Assembly: GCF_001194135.2 (NCBI RefSeq) | Contig: NC_068996.1 | Span: 10,110,568 to 10,152,188, forward strand | Source: Octopus bimaculoides | Lineage: Eukaryota | DNA: 41,621 bases | Reading direction: 5' to 3' | Shown here: piece after piece, positions 12,067 to 24,159 of the stretch | How positions within the stretch are numbered: position 1 is the first letter of the stretch | Layout of the letters: each line of letters opens with the position of its first letter | Notes under the pieces: generated by a model | The model's input: only the letters and a program-made list of their open reading frames with translations | What the model was told of the DNA's origin: nothing | Database searches by the model: none | Position numbers and translations under genes: made by a program

Positions 12067-13195
12067 GACACTAACTTTATAATGACAATTATTTCACTAA
12101 ATTCTTCATTATTTTCAAAATTATTTGAAACAAAGGCCTTGTATTTTAACAGAAATATGGTAACAAAAGGATTAACCTGCTGCCCAGTTTAACACCACTA
12201 CATGATCCTTTTATGTACTTTAGCAGAGTTCATTCTGTTGCAGATATTCTGACTAGGCTCTCTGGTATGAGGATAATTCTGTGTCATCCTCCCACCACTA
12301 ACATCACCATTCATCTTGATACCCGACAAAAAGTTGTGAGCACTAAGAAAAATTAAAAAAAGAATTTTGTTGAAGAATTATCTTCCAGAACAATCATTTA
12401 GCTGCGAAATTATTTTACTGAGGAATTTTTTTTTCTCTTATTTTTTTTTTTCTCTTATTTTTTTTTTTTTGCTGAGGAATTTATTTTGCTGAAGAATTAA
12501 TTTGCTGAAGAATTATACTACTGGAGAATTATTTCTTTTCATATAAGAGTACTAGGCAAAATAAGCATTATAAGGGGTGGGGGAAACGATCCGAATGCTA
12601 TAGCTTTTAATGCTGAGAAAATATTTGTTTGAATGTTGGAAGATAAATCAATAAATGTATTGAAAACTCTTAAACGCAAATCTTTATTGATACAGCATCT
12701 GATCCAATATTTAACATTTGCAATGTTTGTATTTGGGAAATCAATGCATTTGTTCAGATTTTCCTGAAATGCAGTTCTTTATGCTGATTCAATATACTGA
12801 AGTGAACTCTCTCAGATCAATCAATAAAGATTAAACCTATTCAGCATTAGTAAAATACTTTCGTCTTCTTTATTTTTATATATTTTTTTACACTTTTTCT
12901 TTTTCTAGCTTATCAGTCCATTGATCAATGGATTTTAAAGATTTCTCATACTTTCCCCAAAACAAATCTCATTTAGATAGCATTCTCAAGTAGAAAACAT
13001 TCAGAAAAATTTTACATTATGTTTATAAATTTTCTGAATCCTATAACCTTATCTGATAGCATTTATTTTATCTTCAATACTTATTTATTAAATACCGCAT
13101 TATCAATATGATATTATCATAATGAATTTTCATATAGATTATCTATACACATACATACATATGTACATACATACATACATGCATATATACATACA

Positions 13196-13231
<36 letters not shown>

Positions 13232-13531
13232 TACATACACACACCATGCATGTGCAGACTCATGCATGATTGCCCACATGCATGATTGCCCACATGCATG
13301 TGTACATTCATGCATATATGCATGCACATATGAGCATAAACATAGCCACGCACACACACATCCTCTTTGTAAATTCAATGTGTTTTCTTATACTTAATGA
13401 GACTGTAAATATTGTCCAGAATTCTACTGGGATAGCCATTAATGTTACACTCTCAGAATGATGAGAGCATATGAAAAAGTACGTAAAGGATAAATAAATA
13501 GATGAATTAATAAATAAAGTAAAACAAACTA

Positions 13532-13547
13532 CATCATCATCATCATT

Positions 13548-13604
<57 letters not shown>

Positions 13605-13770
13605 GTCATACTACGTCCATTTTCCATACTGACATGGGTTAGACGGCTTGCCTGGAACTGGTAAACCAAAAAGTTGTACCAGGTTTCAATCTGTTTCGGC
13701 TCAGTTTCTAATGCCAACCACTCCATAACATGTACCAGGTGCTTTTTACGTGTCACTGGCTTGAGTGCTC
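13532..13770 (-). mobile_element. RTE 3'-UTR-derived element with (GAT)n tail
   Basis: Homologous to the 3' end of 37217-38104. Confidence 0.7.
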
Positions 13771-13821
13771 ATAGAATGTCAATGGCACAAGTGCCAAAAT
13801 TTACTAATAATACTTATTTTT

Positions 13822-14196
13822 AAGTCTGATGAAGTGAGCAGCAGCTGTGGAGGCAGCAACAACAAAGAGAAGGAGGAGGATTTCTTCAGTGGTGTCACCC
13901 AGCCAAAAGAGAGCAGCAGGAGCCAAGGTCATTCAAAGACATGGCCCAGAATTTGGTCAAGATCTGGTTGGAGACTAACTCCAAGGACCTGCTGATAGAT
14001 GCTGCCTTCTTGGGTGAGCAAGTGTTGGTAGACTTGTTCATCAAGTTCAACACAGTGTTTGTTCTTTTTGGGCAAGAACATTTTGAGGGCCAAAAGATCA
14101 TCCCTGTCTGATGAAAACTTTGACATACTAATTTTCATGAAAACCAGCATGCCTCTCATGAACAAAATGGAGAACGAGAAGAAGAGGAAAAATTAA
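13822..14196 (+). pseudogene. hAT-superfamily transposase C-terminal (dimerisation domain) relic
   Basis: Three-frame reconstruction KSDEVSSS..KEKEEDFFSG / FKDMAQNLVKIWLETNSKDLL..VLVDLFIKFNT / LFFLGKNILRAKRSSLSDENFDILIFMK matches the hAT LFIKFNT..(PSSA.VER)LFS.G..I....R..LSD..FE.L.F.K pattern, with the SSA.VER segment deleted. Confidence 0.75.
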
Positions 14197-15699
14197 ATCC
14201 TATATATATTGTGTTGTTCATTTGTTTGAATTTTTATTTTTTTACAGTCTCTTTATCAATAGACTTTTTTAGTTTAATACTAATATTGTGTTTCATTTGA
14301 GTTTTTTTTTCTTTTTACCCCTTTCTGGCTCTAAAAGCCTTTGAAAACCTGAAATCAGCCTTTTTTTTTTAGGTCTTTTAAAAGTCTTTTAACCCTAAAA
14401 AACCCNNNNNNNNNNNNNNNNNNNNNNNNNNNNNNNNNNNNNNNNNNNNNNNNNNNNNNNNNNNNNNNNNNNNNNNNNNNNNNNNNNNNNNNNNNNNNNN
14501 NNNNNNNNNNNNNNNNNNNNNNNNNNNNNNNNNNNNNNNNNNNNNNNNNNNNNNNNNNNNNNNNNNNNNNNNNNNNNNNNNNNNNNNNNNNNNNNNNNNN
14601 NNNNNNNNNNNNNNNNNNNNNNNNNNNNNNNNNNNNNNNNNNNNNNNNNNNNNNNNNNNNNNNNNNNNNNNNNNNNNNNNNNNNNNNNNNNNNNNNNNNN
14701 NNNNNNNNNNNNNNNNNNNNNNNNNNNNNNNNNNNNNNNNNNNNNNNNNNNNNNNNNNNNNNNNNNNNNNNNNNNNNNNNNNNNNNNNNNNNNNNNNNNN
14801 NNNNNNNNNNNNNNNNNNNNNNNNNNNNNNNNNNNNNNNNNNNNNNNNNNNNNNNNNNNNNNNNNNNNNNNNNNNNNNNNNNNNNNNNNNNNNNNNNNNN
14901 NNNNNNNNNNNNNNNNNNNNNNNNNNNNNNNNNNNNNNNNNNNNNNNNNNNNNNNNNNNNNNNNNNNNNNNNNNNNNNNNNNNNNNNNNNNNNNNNNNNN
15001 NNNNNNNNNNNNNNNNNNNNNNNNNNNNNNNNNNNNNNNNNNNNNNNNNNNNNNNNNNNNNNNNNNNNNNNNNNNNNNNNNNNNNNNNNNNNNNNNNNNN
15101 NNNNNNNNNNNNNNNNNNNNNNNNNNNACACACACACACACACACACATATGTACAAATCCATATATATACACCTACATATACACTCACATATACATATG
15201 TATCACAATGGAATTTCAATATCTTTTTAACGTGTTGTCCATTGAATGCAAGATAAATGGTGATAATTGTTAAAAGAACTTGCATGGTTGATTTAATTCC
15301 ATTGCAAAAGCAAGAATGGCATGGTCTTGAGCAGGTATTAGGTTCTGCTTTATACTTCTTATCTAAAGAAATATTTTTCCTGCTGTGTTTGTTTTGGAAA
15401 CACTGCTACATAGCTATGGAACTATTTTGAGAATGAAAGGAACATTTTTTTTTTCAGGTCTGGCAATGCACTGAATAATATCAGACACAATAATCAACTC
15501 ATTTGAACATCTGGACATTATAACTTAGTAAAAATGGCAGGAAAGAACCTAGTTATTTTCTTTATTTTTATTTTGTTAACAAATATGTTGCGATATAAAC
15601 ATATCACTATTAATAGTCATTATGGTAGTATGTACGAGAGGACATATAACCTCGTCCCATGAGCCAAAAAAAAAAAAAAAAGAAAAAGTATGTTTAATA

Positions 15700-15950
15700 T
15701 GTGAGAATATCTTTGAGGAGATATCAAAAGAATGCTCAGAATTAGATGTAGCTTTGATGAAAAGATCTCAAAAGACTGGCCAAATTTTGTTAGAACGCCA
15801 GAACACATGAAAGGTATTGGTGTCTGGTCATAAAATAAATTGAAATGACTTGGGAAATATATTCAGAAGCGGCAGTTGCTGCATGAAAATTAATGGTGAA
15901 GTAAGTGCTAACATATTTGATGTAGTGAAGCAAGATGTTGTGAAATGATT
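15700..15950 (+). mobile_element. Degraded RTE-like reverse transcriptase fragment
   Basis: ELDVALM/DLKR resembles LYVAFMDLEKA; SCCMKINGEVSANIFDVVKQDV resembles ACVRINGEVSEWFDVKQGV. Confidence 0.45.
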
Positions 15951-16039
15951 AAAACTACAATCTTAGTGATGGGTAAAAGTCATTAACTGAATGATTAATT
16001 TTAGCGGTAAAGGATACGAAAGGCAGCTCGGAAATGAAA

Positions 16040-16480
16040 TTCATCATAGTTGTCATTGTCATCATCATCATCATCATTATCGTTGTCGTCATCGTTGTTG
16101 TCATTATCATCTTTAACATCACCATTATCATCACAATCATCATCATTATCATTGACATTATCCTCCTCCTCCTCATCACCATCCTCATCATCAACACAAC
16201 CACCACCACCACCACCACCACCACCACCACCACCACCACCACCACAAACCACCACCACGACAAACCAAATCATAATCGTTGCTATCGTCATAATTGTCGA
16301 CCCATCATCATCATCATCATCATTATTGTTGTCATCATGAACATGATCATTGTGATCATCATCGTTGTCATCATCATCATCATCATCATCATTGCTGCCG
16401 TAGTCATTATCGTTGCCGCCATAGTCGTTATCATCATCATCATCATCATTGTCATCATTTCCATCATCATCATTATTGTT

Positions 16481-16512
<32 letters not shown>

Positions 16513-16515
16513 TGT
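16040..16515. repeat. Degenerate (ATC)n/(ACC)n trinucleotide array
   Basis: Direct reading; explains the poly-His/Ser/Ile/Asp ORFs. Confidence 0.95.
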
Positions 16516-16749
16516 GAATTATATTTTAACAAAAAAACGTAGATAACAAAAGTGGTTTGGAAGTAATCTTGGAATAATTGCAATGTAGGTATCAAATTAG
16601 AAAAAAAAAAAAAAAGCCTCTGTATAGCTAAAACTAGCTCCTAAGCATCTTTCAAATCACATCCAACCATATTTATAAAGAAAGACACTTTGGACAGTCT
16701 ATCATTGGATTTACAGAAAGAGAGGATGATCATAATGGAATCTCTCTTA

Positions 16750-16800
16750 TTGATCTGCTTGACCAATTGATCTGCTTGACCAATTGATCTGCTTGACCAA
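16750..16800. repeat. Three perfect copies of a 17-bp unit TTGATCTGCTTGACCAA
   Basis: Direct reading. Confidence 0.95.
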
Positions 16801-17470
16801 TAATGAATTGTAGTAAAATAACTGTGACAACAACAACAACAGCAATAATATGAACTTAAGTCTAAACTTCTTTATAGAAATCCAATCAATTGCTTGTATG
16901 CTATGTTACCAACATCATCATTATAGTTATCATTGTTGTCACTAACATTATGACCATTATCATGATTATGTTCATCATGATTATCATCATCATCATTATT
17001 ACAGTCATTATCATCATCATCATTATCAACCTTTCTGTCTACTTTTCCAAACTGGCATAGATTGGGTGGATTTTCAGAGCAGTGTTTTTATGGCTGGTTG
17101 CCTTTCCTGTCACCAACCTTTCCAATCACTTCTTACAATGTGTGGTTAACCTATTCTAAGACTGGGATACTCATGCTAAAGTATCAGATATCAAATAATT
17201 TTTATATGTAAAACTCCATAAAATGCAAAATAGTTGCACTTAACTTTTTTTTTTGTAATTTAAGATACATTTACTTTCTTTACATGTTCAATGTTTAATA
17301 AAATTTTAAAAGGTTCAAAGTTAAAAAAAAAAAAATTTATTGAAAAAAAGACTACAACAGTATAAAAACAGCTATATTGCAATTGTTTAAAACCTTTTAA
17401 TTATCTTTTATTGGTTACCTTTTATTGGCCATGCTGGGGCACTACTTTGAAAGGTTTAGATCAGTGGTAC

Positions 17471-17776
17471 AGTTCTATATGTAAGAGATGAGGAATTATG
17501 TACATTGTTTACATTCAACGGATATTTGCCTTCATCTTGTTTGTTGTTAACACAATGTTTCGGCTGATATACCCTCCAGCCTTCATCTTGAGGAAATTTC
17601 GAACCAGGGTTCTTATTCCTAAGGTATTTTTCGATGTTGTTGTTATCATCATTATCATCGTCATCGTCATCGTCATCGTCATCATCATCATCATTATTAT
17701 TCAGGTCACTGCCTGGAATCGAAATCGGAATCTTGGGGTTGGTAGCCTGCGCTCTTAACCACTACGCCTTATGCCC
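17471..17776 (-). mobile_element. tRNA-headed SINE with a hammerhead-containing, Penelope-like 3' tail
   Basis: Minus strand GGGCATAAGGCGTAGTGGTTAAG (A box) ... GATTTCGATTCC (B box), (AAT/GAT)n linker, then GATGA-A-GGCTG-GAGGGTATAT-CAGCC-GAAAC-ATT-GTGTT and tail ACAAACAAGATGA...TAATTCCTCATCTC. Confidence 0.75.
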
Positions 17777-17887
17777 TGACGAAGGCTGGAGTGTATATCA
17801 GTCGAAACATTGTGTTAACAACAAACAAGATGAGGACAAATATCCGTCAAATGTAAATAATGTAAATAATGTAAATAATGTACATAA
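17776..17887 (+). ncRNA. Inverted copy of the SINE tail with a complete hammerhead core
   Basis: CTGACGA-A-GGCTG-GAGTGTATAT-CAGTC-GAAAC-ATT-GTGTT; 17778-17865 is the reverse complement of 17500-17587. Confidence 0.7.
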
Positions 17888-17894
17888 CATAGAT

Positions 17895-18151
17895 CAGTGG
17901 TTCTCACCGGGGTCCATATGGCCCTTGCAGGTCCAAATAAGATTTTGTTGTTAAAATTTATCTGCAATAAATTGGTTATACTTCTAAAATGCACAAAATG
18001 TTAAAATTTTTTTTTTAATACAATTCCAAATGATATTTAATTGTAAAAATACAATGGGGTGTTTTTTGTACACATCCAATGGCTATGAAGGTTCATCCTT
18101 ATAAAATAGGAATTAAGGGATCCATAGGCAAAAAATGGTTGAGAACCGCTG
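17895..18151. mobile_element. hAT (Charlie-type) MITE
   Basis: TIR CAGTGGTTCTCA ... TGAGAACCGCTG; flanks ACATAGAT/GTTTAGAT form a partly matching 8-bp TSD. Confidence 0.8.
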
Positions 18152-18169
18152 GTTTAGATGAAGAAATTG

Positions 18170-18520
18170 ACTCCAGAATTTATTTTTAAGCTTGGTACTT
18201 ATACTGTTGGTCTCTTTGGCAGAGCTGTTGAGCTACCAGGATGTAAACAAACCAACACTGGTTATCAAGCAAGTGCTGGCAAACATAACACACACATAAA
18301 TACACACATAAATACACACACACACACATACATACACACACCACTGCTGGACAACCAGTGTTTGGTTTATTTACTTCCTTGTAACTTAGTAGTTCAGCAA
18401 AAGAAAGCAATAGAGTAGTTACCAAACTTTAAAAGAGTATGCACTGGGTTCGATTTCTCTGATTAAAGCCCTTCGAGGTGGTGCCCTAGCATGGCCACAA
18501 GCCAAAGACAAAACCAAGTC
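18170..18520. mobile_element. Two inverted, headless family-A SINE tail segments around a (CA)n core
   Basis: Left segment matches the minus-strand tail and right segment the plus-strand tail; no tRNA head. Confidence 0.6.
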
Positions 18521-19554
18521 AAAGATAAAAGTTGGAAAATATGAAAATATTCTGATATGAATCTCTGCAAAGTTTTAATACTTCCCCCAAAAAGTATTTT
18601 TGAGTCAAAAACTTGTTTCACACTTAAAAACTTAAAAGTTTGAACTAATTAGTTGAAAAAAGAATGATTTTTGGCAAATAAAAGGCATAGAAAAAAAGAT
18701 AATTTCCTAGAGTTTTCTGGAAATCCAAGGTATGCAATTATTATTGTAATGTCCAGTAGCCTGATATACAGGAATTGGCATTCTGTCAGAAACCATATTC
18801 TTGATTAGTTATTAAATTAAGTTGTGTATGGTGGTGATGAAGGTGGTGATGGTGGTGGTGGTGGTGGTGGTGGTGGTGGTGGGGTGGAGTGGGAAAGAAT
18901 TAGAATGGATGGGGTGTGGGTGTGTAATGAGGGGAGAAGACGGAAGGTCAGGTTAACTTTATGCGTTGTTTGAAATTCTTTAAATAGAATTTCTTCTTCC
19001 TCCAATATTTTGAAGAATATTTCGTGTATCTGTTCCGTGAGTTATTAACTCCAGTCATGTGGATATCCTTGTAAATAAGATAAAATACATGTATGCATGC
19101 ATGTATGTATGTATGTATGTATGTACGTATGTGTGTGTGGGTGGGTATCTATGAATGTAAGTATGTATATGAAGGTATGTATGTGCATGTGTGTCTGTGC
19201 ATGTATGTCTATGCATATATGTGGGTATGTATATCTCTGTATGTGATGTGTGCGTCTATATATGCAGATATGTATCCATGTATAGAGATAAGAAACATGT
19301 ATGAAATTGTGTATGTGTGTATATACATACATCTACATTCATTCATACATATGTTCATATATAGGTACATACATACATAAGTCATACTCACACACACANN
19401 NNNNNNNNTATATATATGCATACATACATACACACAGATACACATGTATATACACATACATACATACATACATACATACATGCATAAATACAAAAACAAA
19501 ACATACAAAAAAACAAAATATACAAATCTGCACAAGCACTGATTCCAAATACTG

Positions 19555-19597
<43 letters not shown>

Positions 19598-19791
19598 NNN
19601 NNNNNNNCATACTCACACACACACACACACACACATACATACATATATATATATGCATACATACATACACACAGATACACATGTATATACACATACATAC
19701 ATACATACATACATACATGCATAAATACAAAAACAAAACATACAAAAAAACAAAATATACAAATCTGCACAAGCACTGATTCCAAATACTG

Positions 19792-19840
<49 letters not shown>

Positions 19841-20225
19841 AAAAATACCCTGCCAATGTTGTTGAAATTCCAATGGTGGAACCTTGGACCTAGATTAGAA
19901 ACCGTTTCTTTCTCTATTGGCAAGAAGTGATGGGTTATACATTCTCCAGGTAAGGTTTCTGGCCAGGTGGCTAACATCTCTATGGAAAAGGGCTGGCCAT
20001 CAAAAACATTCTTGTATCAAGACTCGCAGAAACACTGCTTGAAATCTTACTATAATGGGAGTTATGTCTGTCTGTCTGCCTGTCTGTTCCCTTTTCACAG
20101 TCAAATAACTATTTTACTATATCTATTTTACAATAGTTATTATGTTGGTATTTCCACTATTTTAATACACCCAAGAAACTGATTCGAAAACCTGGAAACT
20201 CAAACTAAGTCACAAAGAGTTCGTT

Positions 20226-20505
20226 TTAATCCTTCAGGATTCAAATTACTCTGTCAAATGTAATGCTTATTTTTACACATTGTTGTATTAATTGTGCGTT
20301 ATCTCATAGCTTTGATATTTCGATGATGTAATTGTTTATTTTTAGAATAACTTTGTAAGATAGGTGTGACAGGTTGGATCTGACCAGTTTAAACATAGAA
20401 AAGTAGAATATTTGGGACAAATACAACTGGTTTAATTCTTTAGCATTCAAATTATTCTTTCAAGTATTTGAGCTGAATATGGCCAGTTTAAATGCTAAAG
20501 TGTCA
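20226..20505. mobile_element. piggyBac-like MITE (same family as 10179-10812)
   Basis: TTAATCCTTCAGGATTCAAATTACTCTGTCAAATGTAATGC ... GGCCAGTTTAAATGCTAAAG. Confidence 0.7.
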
Positions 20506-20522
20506 AATGCACTTTTTGTTAA

Positions 20523-20725
20523 CCCTTTCGTTACCATATTTATTTTGAGATGCTCTGTGTTTCCTTCAGTTATTTTAAATATAGCAAAGAATTTAGTAAA
20601 ATAACTTAGTTATAATTAAGCTAGTGTTAGGAACATAAATTGTGACAAAAGTTTGGTGGAAGATTATAATTCAAAACTTATGAAAACAAGACATTTGTAC
20701 TACAGCCGGGTTGGTATCAAAAGGG
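20523..20725. mobile_element. piggyBac-like MITE with TTAA TSD
   Basis: TTAA|CCCTTTCGTTACCA ... TGGTATCAAAAGGG|TTAA. Confidence 0.85.
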
Positions 20726-21419
20726 TTAAAAAAATTTCTAACATATATACAGAACAGTACATATAAATGAAGTAAGTATTGTTGTACAGAGTAACAGAGT
20801 GCAGCGATTACTGCCACGTGTCAATTTAACTTTAGCTTTGTCTCAGCTGACAGGTGTATTTATCCACTCTGGCATTGTTCCTCAGCAGCATTCATTGAAT
20901 TACATGTAAATTTACCAGAGAAAGCTCAAATAAATGTGAAAACTTGTAAATTGCAATATTGGAAAGAAAATGGCTACCTATACATTATACAATGTCTGCT
21001 TCAGATTTTAAGACTGTAGAATGTGATTCAAAGGAGATTTGGTTGCTATATCTTATAGGGGTGAGTAAGAGGTTACCTCAAGGACTTCGGTTACTTTTGG
21101 GTACTTCCTCATCCATCTATTCATCCATCCATTCATCTATCCATCCATCCATCCATCTATCCATCCATCCATCTATACATACATACATACATACATACAT
21201 ATGCAATCTCAGGTCGCATTGCTTCTTTTTCTCCGACGGCTGATGGCAAAAATGACTTTGCCCATCAGATGTCGTGAACTTTGAGCAAAAGCATGGAAAA
21301 CCATGGAACAGTAGAGCCAACCAAACAAACATCTTACTTTTTTCAGAACTAGCAATCCCATGCCCCACCCGCTGAAACTTTTACCTTCTTCTATTCTTTT
21401 TCTGTCTTGCAATTTAGTT

Positions 21420-21640
21420 GGTAATGCCACTAGTGCTGGTGTTACAGAAGAAAGCACCCTGTGCACACTGTAGAGTGGGTGTGATGTTAGGAAGAGCATC
21501 CAGCATAGAAAACTTGCCAAAGCTGACATTGCATCCTGATGGAGTGCTATAGCTAATTGGATTCTGTCAAACTGTCTAATCCATGCCAGCATGGAAAAAC
21601 AGATGTTAAAAAAATGATGATGATGCTGAAGATGATGTTT
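21420..21640 (+). mobile_element. Old RTE 3'-tail-derived copy with (GAT)n tail
   Basis: GTTAGGAAGAGCATCCAGCATAGAAAAC ... CCATGCCAGCATGGAAAAACAGATGTTAA. Confidence 0.65.
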
Positions 21641-21904
21641 AGCATTAGCAATCCTCTAATTCTTTTGAAGGTATGATAATGACCATGATAATGATTTTGA
21701 TAATGATAACAACATTAGGAACCACAATGATGTGAATAATGATTGGATAATAAGATTAACATAAGATCTAGATTAATGTTATTTCTTGAATTCCTTTACC
21801 ATAGTTCACTCTGCTGCAAATATTTAAATCAGACCAAACCAGACCAGACATCACGTCCAAAAATTTCCTACAGATAGAAAACCATTAGAAAATCATTCGA
21901 GCAT

Positions 21905-22185
21905 GTTAGAAAATCATTTGAGCGAGGTCGTTGCCAGTGCCGCTGGACTGGTTCCTGTGCAGGTGGCACATAAAATACACCATTTTGAGCATGGCCGTTG
22001 CACCCACTACACTCTCAGAGTGGTTGGCGTTAGGAAGGGCATCCAACTGTAGAAACTCTGCCAAATCAGATTGGAGTCTGATGTAGCCATCTGATTTCAC
22101 CAGTCCTCAGCCAAATCGTCCAACCCCATGCTAGCATGGAAAGCGGATGTTAAACGACGACGATGATGATGATGATGATGATGAC
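21905..22185 (+). mobile_element. RTE 3'-UTR-derived element with (GAT)n tail
   Basis: High similarity to 37800-38104. Confidence 0.85.
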
Positions 22186-22339
22186 ATGCAGGATTTTTTT
22201 TCTGCTATTCTTTTTTTTCCCCTTTTTTTTGGTTTCCTTTCTTTTGCCAGTTTGGTCTGGTGGAAGGGATTGGGCCCATGGCTTTCATAGGTGCTCTGAG
22301 AGGGATAAGCTTCTAAGTGATGAAGTGATGATAAGATTA

Positions 22340-23335
22340 ATGTTCACAAAGATGAAAAGGGAAATGATATTGATGGTGATGATGTTGGTAATGACGGTGA
22401 TAATGATGACGACAATAATGGTGGTGGTGGTAGCGGCAGCAGTGGTAGCAGTAGTGGTGGTGGCAGCGGCAGTGTTGGTATTGGTGGTGGTGGTGTTGTT
22501 GTTGGTGGTGGTGGTGGTGATGGTTGTGGTGGTGGTGGTGGTGGTGGTGGTNNNNNNNNNNNNNNNNNNNNNNNNNNNNNNNNNNNNNNNNNNNNNNNNN
22601 NNNNNNNNNNNNNNNNNNNNNNNNNNNNNNNNNNNNNNNNNNNNNNNNNNNNNNNNNNNNNNNNNNNNNNNNNNNNNNNNNNNNNNNNNNNNNNNNNNNN
22701 NNNNNNNNNNNNNNNNNNNNNNNNNNNNNNNNNNNNNNNNNNNNNNNNNNNNNNNNNNNNNNNNNNNNNNNNNNNNNNNNNNNNNNNNNNNNNNNNNNNN
22801 NNNNNNNNNNNNNNNNNNNNNNNNNNNNNNNNNNNNNNNNNNNNNNNNNNNNNNNNNNNNNNNNNNNNNNNNNNNNNNNNNNNNNNNNNNNNNNNNNNNN
22901 NNNNNNNNNNNNNNNNNNNNNNNNNNNNNNNNNNNNNNNNNNNNNNNNNNNNNNNNNNNNNNNNNNNNNNNNNNNNNNNNNNNNNNNNNNNNNNNNNNNN
23001 NNNNNNNNNNNNNNNNNNNNNNNNNNNNNNNNNNNNNNNNNNNNNNNNNNNNNNNNNNNNNNNNNNNNNNNNNNNNNNNNNNNNNNNNNNNNNNNNNNNN
23101 NNNNNNNNNNNNNNNNNNNNNNNNNNNNNNNNNNNNNGTGGTGGTGGTGGTGGTGGTGGTGGTGGTGGTGATGGTGATGATGATAACAATAATGACGACG
23201 ACAATGACGATGACAATGGTGATGTTCATCATGAAGGGGATGATGGTGATGCTGCTGATAGCGGTGTTGGTGGTGGTAGAGTCGATAACGTGGAGAGAAA
23301 CAAAGACAATCATGGTAATTAAGATGATGATGATA
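22340..23335. repeat. (GGT)n/(GAT)n trinucleotide array spanning an assembly gap
   Basis: Direct reading. Confidence 0.9.
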
Positions 23336-24128
23336 TGAAATTAACAACCACAATAACAAAAATGTGGAGGAGACTGATGATGATGATGAGGAGGAGGAGG
23401 AGGAGAAGGAGGGGGGATAGATTGGAGGAGGAAAAAAGAGCATGAGGGGGAGGATGGAAAAGAGGGGGGATGCAGCACACAGGAGGAGCAGGGGGAAAAG
23501 AGGAGGTATTTGTTTGTGTTCATCTATGTCTGCAATTAAATACACTCTCACACATACACACACACATACACACATACACACGTACACACGCATACTCTCG
23601 CTTTCTCTCTCAGTCTCTCTCTGTGTCTTTCCATCACCTTTTCCCTCTCCTTCGAATACACTCTTACACACTCACACACAAATGCAAGCATCTTTTTTAC
23701 ATTCTCCACACAAACACTCACACACACACACAAACACATACACACAAACACACACACACACACACACACATACACTCACACACACACACATACACACACA
23801 TGCAAACATCTTTTTACATTCTCCACCCAAACACACACACACACACACACACACATACACACACACACAAACACACACACACACATGCAAACACGTACAG
23901 TCACAAACACACACACAGAGTTTCATCTTCTGTTAAGTAATCTATTAAATTAGGATTGTTGCTGTCGTTATGTATTTTTTTTTCCCCTTTCATTAATTTT
24001 ATTTTATTTTTATTTCTCTTCTTAACATCATCCAGTCAGTAGCTAAATAAATGTTCCAGGATTTTTGTTTTACAAAGAAAAACCCCCCCACAAAGAACAA
24101 CAAAAGCATACACGCGCGTGTGTACGCA

Positions 24129-24159
<31 letters not shown>

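Larger units (their letters stand above)
11246..12171. mobile_element. TTAA-flanked piggyBac-like MITE containing nested family-B SINEs
   Basis: TTAA|CCATTTTGATAACAA ... ATATGGTAACAAAAGGA|TTAA; both ends align to the reverse complement of the intact copy at 20523-20725. Confidence 0.7.

Noticed and set aside
14340-14405. CCCTAAAAAACCC as a telomere-like seed
   Set aside because: Single degenerate unit at a gap edge, not an array
17705-17776. Possible tRNA gene
   Set aside because: The acceptor stem does not close and the sequence runs into a SINE body; treated as a tRNA-derived head
19389-19837. Identical tandem duplication of about 200 bp
   Set aside because: The copies are separated and flanked by 10-N gaps, so this is most likely an assembly overlap or haplotype artefact
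21005-21066. Apparent 56-bp exon with AG acceptor and GTGAGT donor (DFKTVECDSKEIWLLYLIG)
   Set aside because: The minus strand resembles a dispersed repeat also seen near 16630-16700; no protein similarity recognised
21205-21300. Possible terminal exon (GRIASFSPTADGKNDFAHQMS*)
   Set aside because: No recognisable homology or partner exon
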